From positions 672,001 through 736,000 of the forward strand of contig CAWHBU010000004.1 of the NCBI GenBank assembly GCA_963827685.1: 64,000 nucleotides of DNA, given 5' to 3'. Shown here in pieces: positions 1 through 9,569 of this stretch (positions are counted from its first letter, which is position 1; each line of letters starts with the position of its first letter). Below the pieces are notes generated by a model, which ran no database searches, was not told where the DNA came from, and saw only the letters and a program-made list of their open reading frames with translations. This DNA comes from an uncultured delta proteobacterium (lineage in GTDB: Bacteria > Desulfobacterota > BSN033 > UBA1163). Made by a program: the position numbers and the translations under genes.

Positions 1-14
1 AAAAATCTTTTCAT
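1..14 (-). CDS. 5' end of a second LpdD-like gene (runs off the left edge)
   Basis: The minus-strand ATG at 14 reads MKRF. Bases ~2-57 are near-identical to ~16631-16686, the start and upstream region of the LpdD-like gene at 16643. Confidence 0.6.
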
Positions 15-83
15 GGAATTGGTTCCAATTTTAGAAAATCAATGAGGTTTTGTCAACTTGGATTTAATAAGAGTTGTGTTGAT

Positions 84-758
84 CTATTCGATGGCCTTGT
101 GGTAATCAAGGGGAGTAGATTTTTTGCTTTTACATCTTTTAATTAAATTATTTCGTAATGCCTCCGGTTTCTTTTCTTCTTCGAACAGTTCCTCTCTTGC
201 CCACTGCCGAGATGTCGGGAGGAAAAACCACTGTTCGATCTTCTCTTCTAAAAAATTGAGGAACTTTCTTTTGGAGATATGAAATCGACCCGTTTCAATT
301 TCGACGCCTTTTCGAGAATAACGCCATAATTTATCGGCATCCTTAACAATCCGGTCGTTCTGGGAGATAGGTCTCTTCCTCGTATCGTGACCCCGGATGA
401 TTAGACATATCTCCTTTATTTTCTGAGGAGGGTAATGCGAGTCTTTTAAAATAGCCTTTGCAATCTCGGCTCCTTCTACTTCGTGGACCTTTACCAATTG
501 GGGATTGGATGGATTTGGACCAAAGGCAGTTAGTTGCAGATCTTCAGGAATGGTCTTCCAGCCCACATCGTGGAGGAGGACAGCCGGGATGACCACATTC
601 TCATCGCCTTTCTCAGATTGCAGAAGTTTCAAGGCATAGCGAAGCGCAATTCGAGTGTGGATGAGATTCTTTCGGGTTCGAAGGAAGGGTTTGGCTTTTT
701 TAAAAATCTTCTGATGGATCGGTTTTATCAGCACTGGTAAGAAATGATCAGTGACCAA
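84..758 (-). CDS. HD-domain phosphohydrolase (CreD-like)
   Basis: Motifs H..LLHDVGW..HEVEG..GHDT..DADKLWR; lies downstream of the ppsA/ppsB-like kinases. Start codon uncertain. Confidence 0.8.
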   Translation of the reverse strand: MVTDHFLPVLIKPIHQKIFKKAKPFLRTRKNLIHTRIALRYALKLLQSEKGDENVVIPAVLLHDVGWKTIPEDLQLTAFGPNPSNPQLVKVHEVEGAEIAKAILKDSHYPPQKIKEICLIIRGHDTRKRPISQNDRIVKDADKLWRYSRKGVEIETGRFHISKRKFLNFLEEKIEQWFFLPTSRQWAREELFEEEKKPEALRNNLIKRCKSKKSTPLDYHKAIE

Positions 759-780
759 TTCTCATTGGTCAATTCTCAAT

Positions 781-845
781 TTTTAATTCTTAACTTTTGA
801 CTTTTAACTTTTAACTTTTAACTTTTAACTTTTAACTTTTAACTT
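781..845. repeat. Tandem heptamer repeat (TTTTAAC)n
   Basis: About 9 near-perfect copies in the intergenic space. Confidence 0.9.
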
Positions 846-846
846 C

Positions 847-1506
847 CTAAAACCCTTTCATCATTTTTCCAAGAATATAAGGTAATTCAATCCGTCCTGT
901 TGGAGCGAGGATACGGCTGCTGTACTCAGTCACATAAGTGTAGATCAATACCTTGGTGATCCGTTTATATTCATCACTGTCAAGGGCTTTGGCAATATCG
1001 ACAATGTTGGTCGCGGTCCCTTCTGCAACGATAAGAGGACCAGGCCCCACCACCACATGCCATCCTCCTGTCATCTTGATCCCCATTTTTTCCATGGTGG
1101 GAAGATGATCGTTCTTTACAAAATTCGCGTATTCATCTTCTTTTCCAGGGATGATATTGAAATATTGGTTAAATTTCCATACCCTTAATTGAATATTGTA
1201 CTTATCCATTTTCACCCTGCCCGTGGGTTTAAGAATCCTGCTACAATAGTTGAGGACATAACGCTGGATCTGGGCCGTTACCTTCTCATACTCTTCTGTT
1301 TCCATGGCCTTTTGAAGTTTTTGTAGCGAATCCACTGTCCCGACCGAAATGACCCTGGGACCCTCCCCAACGACCACATGGAATCCTCCTACCGGATTGA
1401 TGCCAATCTTTTTCATGGTCGGAATGTAATGATTAATGGCAAACTGTGTGTATTCTTCTTCTTTCCCCGGGATGATATCCCAGTGTTGATTAAACAGAAA
1501 GATCAT
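847..1506 (-). CDS. Tandem NIPSNAP/dimeric alpha-beta-barrel-like protein
   Basis: Internal duplication (FNQHWDIIPGKEEEY..GGFHVVVGEGP / FNQYFNIIPGKEDEY..GGWHVVVGPGP). Start moved to ATG 1506 after GGAGGAG; the longer track ORF runs through a MITE. Confidence 0.7.
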   Translation of the reverse strand: MIFLFNQHWDIIPGKEEEYTQFAINHYIPTMKKIGINPVGGFHVVVGEGPRVISVGTVDSLQKLQKAMETEEYEKVTAQIQRYVLNYCSRILKPTGRVKMDKYNIQLRVWKFNQYFNIIPGKEDEYANFVKNDHLPTMEKMGIKMTGGWHVVVGPGPLIVAEGTATNIVDIAKALDSDEYKRITKVLIYTYVTEYSSRILAPTGRIELPYILGKMMKGF

Positions 1507-1523
1507 CTTCTCCTCCCTGGAGA

Positions 1524-1634
1524 TTAACCCTTCGACTCCCCAGCCTGAAGGCTGGGGTTTGCTCAGGGTTAACCCTGAGCGGCGCTTTCCTCCCCGCCCT
1601 AAAGGGCGGGGCTTGGCGCCGTCGAATGGGTTAA
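1524..1634. mobile_element. MITE-like palindromic element
   Basis: Termini TTAACCCTTCGAC / GTCGAATGGGTTAA; internal hairpins CCCCAGCC..GGCTGGGG and CCCCGCCC..GGGCGGGG. A related copy is at 38289-38522. Confidence 0.65.
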
Positions 1635-1951
1635 AATAGACGAAGGATGATGGGATCGGAGCTGGCCGTGACCTCATAGGATTGGAGGACCGGTTCTGCG
1701 GCATACATATCTTTAAATTTGGCCACCAGCTTTTCGTAATCCCCACTCTTCTCGTAGGCCTCGAGATCCGCCCTCGTATCCCATGCCGTGAGAGAAATTC
1801 CCTGATCTTTGTTGTCTAAAGACTCCAGGAGATGGACAAATCGAATTCCCTTGTGGCCTTTGTGAGTAGAGACGACTTCTTTGTTGTAAAGCTCACGGAG
1901 CTCCTGCATCTTGCCTGATTTCAGTTTAAAAAAAGTCATTCGGACATACAT
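1631..1951 (-). CDS. Antibiotic biosynthesis monooxygenase (ABM)-domain protein
   Basis: MYVRMTFFKLKSGK..GIRFVHLL..ISLTAWDTRAD pattern; ATG at 1951 with GGAGGAG upstream. Confidence 0.75.
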   Translation of the reverse strand: MYVRMTFFKLKSGKMQELRELYNKEVVSTHKGHKGIRFVHLLESLDNKDQGISLTAWDTRADLEAYEKSGDYEKLVAKFKDMYAAEPVLQSYEVTASSDPIILRLF

Positions 1952-2034
1952 AAGTCTCCTCCAAAGTCCCCTCTCGCCCTCCTCGGTTTCGAGTCGTACC
2001 GACTTTCTTAAAGGGGGGGAGGGAGGATACCATG

Positions 2035-3088
2035 TTACCTTCTGAAAAGCGAGGACATCATGTCGATGATGATATCGGCATCGCTCTGCCTTGGTTTGCC
2101 TGCCTTCGTGACCGGTCGGGATTGAACGAGAAAGATATTTTCGGGGTATGGAAGATCTTCGTCGATGGCCCACTCCAAATCCTGGGCAGATTGATAATGG
2201 GCTTCCGCAAGCTTGCCAAGGCGCACCAGTTCCAACAGGGCTTCATCATTGACACATTGCTGATTCTGCTTTTCGAGGGAGGGTTCGACGCAGACGACCT
2301 TGTTTCCCTCCAGCTGATAGCAGATGGTTTTTGGAGAAATCGTCCTGTCCAAAATTTCGGACGATTTCTTATCCACGAGGAAATGGTCCGGGGAAACCTC
2401 TCCCTTGACGACGCTCTCACCTAATCCCCAATTGCCCTCCACAACGATCTTATCCTCGTCTCCGAGCACCGGGTCGATGGTGAACATAACGCCAGCACAT
2501 TTCGCCTTCACCATTTTCTGGACACCCACACTAATGGTCACATTGTCATGAGGCCATCCAATCTGATTGCGATAGGCGATGGCACGATCTGTGAATAGGC
2601 TTGCCCAACATTTCAAGATGTGGTGGATCACTTGCTCTTCGCCTCTAATCCAGAGGTAGGACTCGTGTTGTCCGGCGAAACTGGCCGTCTTCAGATCTTC
2701 GGAGGTGGCGCTGGACCTGACCGCCACAGGGAGGTCTGGAACGCCAGACAGATCACATAATTTCTTATAGGCTTGGCCAATCTCTTTCACAATTTTTTCA
2801 GGGATGGGGGTCGATTCGATGAGATCCCGAACCGTCTGACCTGCCTTCTCTAGAGCCTGAACGTTTTCCGGGGGGATTTGAGAGAGGGTTCTCACGATCT
2901 GGTCTCGAACCCTCCCTCTTTCCACAAAGGTATCGAAGGCATAGGTGGTGAGCGCAAATCCAGGGGGGACGCGGAGGCCTAGCCGAAGCATCTCCCCCAG
3001 GTTTGCATTTTTACCACCCACTCGAGGGCAAGTCCTTGCCTGAACAATCCTTGAACCAGATGATATGCTTCTTTGTTTTTGAAACCAT
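2035..3088 (-). pseudogene. ppsB: PEP synthase N-terminal (ATP-grasp) subunit, phenylphosphate synthase beta-like, with a +1 frameshift near the start
   Basis: Motifs GGKNANLGE, VAVRSSATSED, SFAGQ, DLEWA, LVQSRP. The ATG at 3088 (MVSKTKKHIIWF) is 1 nt out of frame with the body; removing one base of GGG 3026-3028 restores DLPRVGGKNA. Confidence 0.8.
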
Positions 3089-3089
3089 G

Positions 3090-4775
3090 CTATTTGTCCA
3101 GAATAAATACGGCACCCAAGTTTCCGTCTACCCGGATCCTTTGACCTGTTTTGATCACCTGGGTTCCGGTGAACACGTTCATGACGACGGGGATTCCATA
3201 CTCCCGACCCACGATGGCGGCATGGGAAAGACTTGCCCCTCGATCCACCACCACGCCATTGATCATGCCAAAGACAGGCGTCCAGGCAGGAGAGGTACTC
3301 ATCGATACAAGGATATCTCCCTTCTGGATCTTAGGTAGATCTTCGTCTCTGAGGACAACCCTTGCAATTCCTTCCGCCACGCCTGAGGATCCACATGTTC
3401 CATAGAGGTCGGCCTTGAGCTCAGGTTTGGGTACAGGCATGCTTCCGACAACCACTTTGAGCGCGATCGGATCCAACGACTGAACCAGACCGCCTATGGC
3501 CTGATCTAAAGTGAAACCTTCTTTCATAATCGCGGGTGGATTTCCACGCTGCATCCACTCTTGCCAATCTTTTTTACGACGTTCCACCAGTGGCTTCATA
3601 TTAATTTTATCCGGATTGATCCCGGCTCGCCGCACCTCATCGGGCATGAGGAAGAAGATGTCATCCGGTTGGTTGATCGCCCCGCTTTTAGCGAATCGCT
3701 TTCCCAATGCCAGGCAACTTCTTCTCATCAAGGCATGGGTATAAAGGTCGAGATAATGATTGTGCTCCTCGCTGAAGCGGCTGCAGTTCTGGGCTACCTT
3801 CATAAGCATTGAAAACCAGCTCTTTTGCTCTGGTGCAATCTTCCCCAAAACCTCCTTCTCTGCATCCTTCCTTTCCTTCGTCAGTTTCTTTCTGTCTTCG
3901 TCCAGGTCGAATTCTCCGCCCTTCTTCAGATACATTTTGATTGTATCAAATCCAGGGGTAGGGTCCTCCTGCCAGGTCGGTACGTTGATCTCAGCCATCC
4001 TCTCCATTCTCCAACCGGCTTCTTTGTCGAGGAACTCGTTAAACTCTTTCATAAACTTTTTCCCTTTGTCGCTACCCTCTAATTTAGTTTTGAGTTCCTT
4101 GGCGGGAGTATCGGAGAATAGTTTGTCAAGGCCCATATCCTTCGCTTTTGCGGAGAACTCCCAGAGCCTTCGATCAACCCGGAAGCTTTCGTTATCGAAA
4201 CCGCTTAATAATTTATGGAAGGTAGAATGGGTATCATCAATTTTGAGCAACTGTTGGCACAGCTGTTCGAAGAGGACGTAAGGCGTATAGGTTCCGTACA
4301 TCATATGCATGTGGATCTCCCACATCCTCCGGCAGGTATCGATCGTTTCCTCGAAATTGTCCAGAAGCTGGATGTTCGTAGCAGTTTCAACGTTGAGGGT
4401 TTTCAAGTTATCATACCGTTTTAGTATTTCCTTTACATAACCTCCCCAGAGCCCATCGTAGTTCTCCACAAAGGGCCGGATGGCCTCCCTAAACTTTTTC
4501 TCCCTTTCAGCTTTTTCCTTATCTGAATCGACCATGAGGAGGCAGAGATAACCTCCTCCATCCTTGAACCGCCAGTCCCATCCTTTCACTGTGGGAAGCG
4601 AAAGGGTTTCGGCACCGTATTGCATTCCATGCCGGCAAAAGTTGATCCAAAACCATCCAAACATAGGCGTCCACGGCGGGACGGAATGAGTGGCATCAAG
4701 AAACCAAGCAGGCGACTGTTCTAAATCATACTTCTCATCAAACTCAAATCCTGGAACAACGTCATAAATCTTCAT
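3090..4775 (-). CDS. PEP-utilising phosphohistidine-domain protein, divergent phenylphosphate synthase alpha-like
   Basis: C-terminal swivel domain GASLSHAAIVGREYG with the catalytic His; N-terminal WFLDATH motif; coupled to the ppsB-like gene. Confidence 0.85.
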   Translation of the reverse strand: MKIYDVVPGFEFDEKYDLEQSPAWFLDATHSVPPWTPMFGWFWINFCRHGMQYGAETLSLPTVKGWDWRFKDGGGYLCLLMVDSDKEKAEREKKFREAIRPFVENYDGLWGGYVKEILKRYDNLKTLNVETATNIQLLDNFEETIDTCRRMWEIHMHMMYGTYTPYVLFEQLCQQLLKIDDTHSTFHKLLSGFDNESFRVDRRLWEFSAKAKDMGLDKLFSDTPAKELKTKLEGSDKGKKFMKEFNEFLDKEAGWRMERMAEINVPTWQEDPTPGFDTIKMYLKKGGEFDLDEDRKKLTKERKDAEKEVLGKIAPEQKSWFSMLMKVAQNCSRFSEEHNHYLDLYTHALMRRSCLALGKRFAKSGAINQPDDIFFLMPDEVRRAGINPDKINMKPLVERRKKDWQEWMQRGNPPAIMKEGFTLDQAIGGLVQSLDPIALKVVVGSMPVPKPELKADLYGTCGSSGVAEGIARVVLRDEDLPKIQKGDILVSMSTSPAWTPVFGMINGVVVDRGASLSHAAIVGREYGIPVVMNVFTGTQVIKTGQRIRVDGNLGAVFILDK

Positions 4776-4927
4776 CTTCCCACCTCCTTAATGTGATTTT
4801 GTTAAAATTCCCCCCGCTCTGCGGGGCAACTATGAAAGTCCTCCTTTCATAAGAACCACCTCCATTCTCTCAACCAAAAAATTTCAAATATGATTGAATC
4901 GCTTTATAATCGGGCAGGAGACACTAC

Positions 4928-4955
4928 ACTATACTACAGAATTTTAAGAAATCAA
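4928..4955 (-). promoter_or_regulatory. Possible internal sigma70 promoter for the ppsA1/ppsB1 genes
   Basis: TTGATT-N16-TATAGT on the minus strand. Confidence 0.35.
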
Positions 4956-4963
4956 GCCCTTTC

Positions 4964-5830
4964 TCAAGTCCCAATTTCCACAATGAAGCTTCCTATGTTG
5001 GCTCCTGTTTTCCTTGCAATTGGATGACATTTTACTTTTAACATGTAAAGAATTGCTTTCCCGTGCACCTGATCCTTCAAGGCCTCATAATTTCCTGTCC
5101 CTTTAGCAATCACAAGGTCACTTTTCCTAAAAATGTCAGAGAGTTGGGACGTGCTTCCCCCTGGTATGAAGAATCCGTTCACCGTAAAAATATTTTCAAC
5201 GAACTTATCCATAGCAAAGAAGAGGGCATCCTTCCTTGTCGCATCCTCGAAAAAAGGATCTTCTTTCACAACTAGATTTACGGTCGCCTCCATCTCCTTG
5301 AGTGTGGCGATGAGGAGAGAATCAAATCCTATCTCTCCCGCGTTATCCGTAAGATACAAGATGCGAGTTGCCCTTTGCGCCGTTCCAAAAACATCACCGA
5401 TCAAGGAAGGTAACGGATTCTTTCCCTTTAGGATATTGGTAGCTTCTTGGAATCTGAAGGCCTCACCTGGCACAGTCATTGGAGCGACATTACTTGCCGA
5501 TGCCAGACGGCAGGCCCTCTTGAATCTCTCCTTGGGATTTCGTCCTTTTTCAATATATTTTTTCGCAGAGGGTAACAACTTACGCACGAGTTGATTGCTT
5601 TTGAGTTTAATGCCTCCATAGTAGTCGGCGGAATGGGATAGGTATTCATTGATGGAATTGGTAATCGTGTTGCTTAAAGACCCAATGTTGGTCTCCGAAT
5701 CGAACTCTCTTGCGAGAATCCTGGATATTCGTTTGACGAGCTGAAAGCGTCCTTTTTCGTTGGCCAGGACTCCTGCTCTTTCATATACCCACTTTAGGAT
5801 ACAGGGAGCACATTCTAAATCAGGCCTCAG
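4964..5830 (-). CDS. DUF89/ARMT1-like damage-control metal-dependent phosphatase
   Basis: ECAPC at the N-terminus, then TDNAGEIGFD, EDAT, AKGTGNYE, KVKC. Likely CTG start at 5830 after AGGAGG. Confidence 0.8.
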   Translation of the reverse strand: MRPDLECAPCILKWVYERAGVLANEKGRFQLVKRISRILAREFDSETNIGSLSNTITNSINEYLSHSADYYGGIKLKSNQLVRKLLPSAKKYIEKGRNPKERFKRACRLASASNVAPMTVPGEAFRFQEATNILKGKNPLPSLIGDVFGTAQRATRILYLTDNAGEIGFDSLLIATLKEMEATVNLVVKEDPFFEDATRKDALFFAMDKFVENIFTVNGFFIPGGSTSQLSDIFRKSDLVIAKGTGNYEALKDQVHGKAILYMLKVKCHPIARKTGANIGSFIVEIGT

Positions 5831-5875
5831 AATCGTCCTCCTTCTCCACTTCAAACAGCCTCGCATTGCAAAAAG

Positions 5876-8515
5876 CTATCGAGACTGCTTGATCTTTTCC
5901 GGAGTAATCGGTAGATCCCGGACACGCAAGCCACAAGCATGATAAATAGCATTCGCAATGGCTGGCGCGGTTGGGACATCGGCATACTCCGCCATCCCAG
6001 AAGCCCCGAAGGGTCCCTTCGATTTCGGGATATCGAGAGTGATCACCTCCATATCGGGCATATCTTTGGCCCTCGGGACCTTAAGCTTGGCGAAGGTATC
6101 GGTTTTGGTGTAGACAAAATCTTCCATGAGGGCATATCCGAGGCCCATGGCAATGCCTCCATGGAGCTGACCTTCAACATGTTGACTATTGATCACCGTT
6201 CCAAGATCATGAACGGAAGTGATCTTGAGGACATCCACCTTGCCCGTCTTCACCTCCACAGCCACCTCTGCCATCTGGATCCCAAAAGAGTAGGTTTCCC
6301 AGGGAATCCCTTGACCAGTCTTCGGATCAGGCCTTGAAGTGACGGGTTTGTTGATTGCCTTGAAAAGAGTAGGCAAGCCTTTGGCCTTCATCTCGCTATA
6401 GGTTTTGACGCGATTTTCCTCCATGGCCTTTTTCAATTCGGCCACAGCCATCTGGACAGCTTTTCCTGAAACGTAAGTCTGTCGGCTCCCAGCTGAAAAA
6501 TTCCCATCCGGTGTAATTTCTGTGTCGGTGGTACAGACTTTAACCCTTTCCAATGGAAATCCCATTGTCTCGGCGGCGACCTGCCAGAACATCGTATCCG
6601 CACCCTGTCCCATGTCCGCCGCCCCAATCCAAACCTGTAACGTATCATCGGGCAGAAGTTCGGCCCATGCTTCGGATTGATCTGGAGCACTTCGGCCCGG
6701 ACCAAACCAAACTCCTCCCAATCCCACACCCCGCTTCACTTCATCGGTCGTTTTCCCTTTTGCCTCGTTTAATGCTTTTTCATAGAGAGGTTTTATGGTT
6801 TCCATACACTCCTGGAAACCAATCGTGTGGTCTAATACCTGGCCGCAGATCGTTGTATCGCCTTTAACAAAACCATTTTTCATCCTGAGGGCTAAAGGAT
6901 CCATTTTCAGCTGGGATGCCAACTCGTCGAGGGTGGACTCAATGGCAAAAGCTACCTGGGGTACACCAAATCCTCTCATGGCGCCTTTGAAAGCCGTAGT
7001 GGTATAAACAGCTTTCCCATAGACATGGGCATTGGGGAACCGGTAAGGCCCCTGGGCATGGATAACACCTCGCTGTGTCACACTATTGCTAAAGGACTTA
7101 TAGGCTCCGCCATCCGCCGTGACATCGAAATCCAATGCCATCAACGTCCCATCCTTTTTGGCTCCCACTTTGACCTTCATGAAGAAGGGATGGCGTTTGG
7201 GAGTAGCTGCAAATGTCTCGCTCCTTGTATAGACGAGTTTCACCGGTCTTTTGAGCTTCAAGGCCGCAAGGCCCAGAATTCCACCCACGGAGACATCGAG
7301 CTTGCCTCCAAAGGCTCCGCCGGTTGGGGTTTGAATCACTCGAACCTTTTCCAAACCGAGACCCAAGGCCTCAGCAATGGTCTTGCGATGGGCGTGAATA
7401 TTCTGGCCTGCTGCCATGACCACGAGTTGTCCATTCTCGTGGATAAAGGCAACGCCAGAGTCGTTTTCCAAATAAGCATGTTCAACAGTTTGTGTGACAT
7501 AGCTTTGCTCAACGACAACATCTGACTCCGAAAAACCCTTCTTGGCGTCACCATGGATGATGGGTTGCTCAAAAAAGAGGTTTGGACGATCGTCATGGAC
7601 TCTTACGGCACCCTCTTTCAAGGCTTCCTCTGGTGTCAGGACTGGTTCGAGAGGTTCATAGGTCACCTCAATCTTTTCGAGGGCATGGGAAGCGATTTCC
7701 TCAGAAGTTGCTACTACGGCAACCACTGGATCGCCGATGAAGCGGACTTTATTACTGCATAGGATGGGCTGATCATCTCCTGCCATCTTCAAGATGTTTG
7801 TTCCTTTTACATCTTTGGCAGTGAGAACGGCCAGCACTCCAGGGATAACCTCCGCCTCTTTCGTGTCAATGTTAATGATCTTGGCGTGGTGATGGGGACT
7901 TCTGAGAACCTTGATGTGGGCGCATCCGTCCACAGCGAGATCAGCAGCGTAGAGAGTGGTCCCCGTTGCCTTCTCGAGGGCGTCCCTTCGTGGAATGGGC
8001 TGGCCGAGGGTATTTCCCCCTTTCCATTTTAATCGAATTGATTTTGTCTCTCTCCTGAAGTAAGAGGCCGCTAGTTCCACAGCCTCAAAGATCTTCTGGT
8101 ACCCCGTGCAGCGGCAGATGTGGGGCTGAAGAGCCTTCTTGATCTCCTCTCGGGTAGGGTTAAGATTTTCATCCAAGAGGGATTTGGTCCGAATGATCAT
8201 GCCCGGCGTACAGAAGCCACATTGAATGGCCCCTGTCTTTGCAAAGGCCAATTGAATGGGATGGGGGTTCTGAAGTGTTCCGATTCCCTCAATGGTCGTT
8301 ATCTCTTTGCTTTGGGCTTTAGCAACCGGAATCCTGCATGCGAAGACGACGTCGCCATCCATGAACACAGCGCAGGTGCCGCAATGACCGGCAGAACATG
8401 CTTCCTTTGTACCTGTCAACCTGAGATCTTCTCGAATCACTTTCAGTAAGCTTTTTTGAGGATCAACAATCACTCTTCGAGGGGCTCCGTTCAAGATGAA
8501 ATTTATCTCCTGCAT
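5876..8515 (-). CDS. Molybdopterin aldehyde oxidoreductase (Mop/xanthine oxidase family; fused 2x[2Fe-2S] and Mo domains, no FAD domain)
   Basis: CSAGHCGTC, QCGFCTPG, CRCTGY, GGAFGGK, AMRGFG, DMGQG, GMAE. Confidence 0.9.
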   Translation of the reverse strand: MQEINFILNGAPRRVIVDPQKSLLKVIREDLRLTGTKEACSAGHCGTCAVFMDGDVVFACRIPVAKAQSKEITTIEGIGTLQNPHPIQLAFAKTGAIQCGFCTPGMIIRTKSLLDENLNPTREEIKKALQPHICRCTGYQKIFEAVELAASYFRRETKSIRLKWKGGNTLGQPIPRRDALEKATGTTLYAADLAVDGCAHIKVLRSPHHHAKIINIDTKEAEVIPGVLAVLTAKDVKGTNILKMAGDDQPILCSNKVRFIGDPVVAVVATSEEIASHALEKIEVTYEPLEPVLTPEEALKEGAVRVHDDRPNLFFEQPIIHGDAKKGFSESDVVVEQSYVTQTVEHAYLENDSGVAFIHENGQLVVMAAGQNIHAHRKTIAEALGLGLEKVRVIQTPTGGAFGGKLDVSVGGILGLAALKLKRPVKLVYTRSETFAATPKRHPFFMKVKVGAKKDGTLMALDFDVTADGGAYKSFSNSVTQRGVIHAQGPYRFPNAHVYGKAVYTTTAFKGAMRGFGVPQVAFAIESTLDELASQLKMDPLALRMKNGFVKGDTTICGQVLDHTIGFQECMETIKPLYEKALNEAKGKTTDEVKRGVGLGGVWFGPGRSAPDQSEAWAELLPDDTLQVWIGAADMGQGADTMFWQVAAETMGFPLERVKVCTTDTEITPDGNFSAGSRQTYVSGKAVQMAVAELKKAMEENRVKTYSEMKAKGLPTLFKAINKPVTSRPDPKTGQGIPWETYSFGIQMAEVAVEVKTGKVDVLKITSVHDLGTVINSQHVEGQLHGGIAMGLGYALMEDFVYTKTDTFAKLKVPRAKDMPDMEVITLDIPKSKGPFGASGMAEYADVPTAPAIANAIYHACGLRVRDLPITPEKIKQSR

Positions 8516-8750
8516 ATCTCAAGACCTCCGATCAAAAAATTTTCCAACTCAAAGGAAACTTGTTAGGGAAAGACCCCACGAAAAGGTTCCCTGAGATATT
8601 CAGAAATTCTATATCGAGAATAGAATGGAGGAAAATTTTCAGCAGCGAAAGCTGCGTCTTTGCCAGTGATGATCGAAAAAGTCTGAACGCTTGAGTGTTC
8701 GTATTGCATTCAAGGCCACCGTGCCAAAGGCACGATGGGGAATAAAAGGA

Positions 8751-9503
8751 TTAATGCATGGCCCTCCCGCCATCCACCAAAATGGTCTGGCCGGTGATGA
8801 AATCGCTTTCATCCGATGCAAGGAAAATAACAGCCCCAAGAAGATCATTGGGTTGCTCCAGTCGCCTCAAGGGGGTTTTAGAGACATCGTATTTTGTGAC
8901 ATCAGCGAGATGGCGGCTTGCTTCTGTATCCGTAAATCCTGGAGCCACGGCATTGATATTAATGTTATGAGGCCCTAATTCAATGGCAAGGGCACGGGTT
9001 AAACCGATCACCCCCCCCTTTGAAGATACGTAGTGAATAAAGCCATAAGACCCTGTAAAAAATACTTCAGAGGAAAGGTTGATAATCTTCCCTTTTCCTT
9101 GTTTTTTCATATAAGGGAATACAGCCCTTGTGCAGAGCCAGGGACCTTTGACATTCACATTCATCACTAAGTCCCATTCGTTGGGATCTATCTCCGTGAA
9201 GGATTTCCGAACCAATCCATCGTAGATGGCTGCGCAATTGACTAAGATGTCGATCCTGCCGAAGACCTTAATTGTTTCCTCGGCCATCTTAATTGCATCC
9301 TTTTCAATGGAGACATCAGCCTGATGGGCCTTAGCCACGCCGCCCATTGCCTCAATCTCTTTTACAGTTTTTTCCAGATTGGTAATATCCTTCCGGGTTA
9401 CGGCCATGATCTTGGCTCCCTCTTTTGCCATTCCAATGGCGAATTCCCTTCCCAGGCCCTTGGCAGCTCCTGTCACGATTGTCACTTTATCTTTGAGCCT
9501 CAT
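8751..9503 (-). CDS. Short-chain dehydrogenase/reductase
   Basis: TGAAKGLG, NCAA, YVSSK, DGG. Confidence 0.9.
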   Translation of the reverse strand: MRLKDKVTIVTGAAKGLGREFAIGMAKEGAKIMAVTRKDITNLEKTVKEIEAMGGVAKAHQADVSIEKDAIKMAEETIKVFGRIDILVNCAAIYDGLVRKSFTEIDPNEWDLVMNVNVKGPWLCTRAVFPYMKKQGKGKIINLSSEVFFTGSYGFIHYVSSKGGVIGLTRALAIELGPHNININAVAPGFTDTEASRHLADVTKYDVSKTPLRRLEQPNDLLGAVIFLASDESDFITGQTILVDGGRAMH

Positions 9504-9569
9504 GGTTTTCCTTTCTAATATTATTAATGATCATTGTTGATTGATCATTGGTAATTTTGCAATGTCTCG

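Noticed and set aside
1507-2173. Long N-terminal extensions of track ORFs 847..1746 and 1631..2173 (likewise at 37051, 42238, 49393)
   Set aside because: They run through repeats or neighbouring genes; better starts lie downstream.
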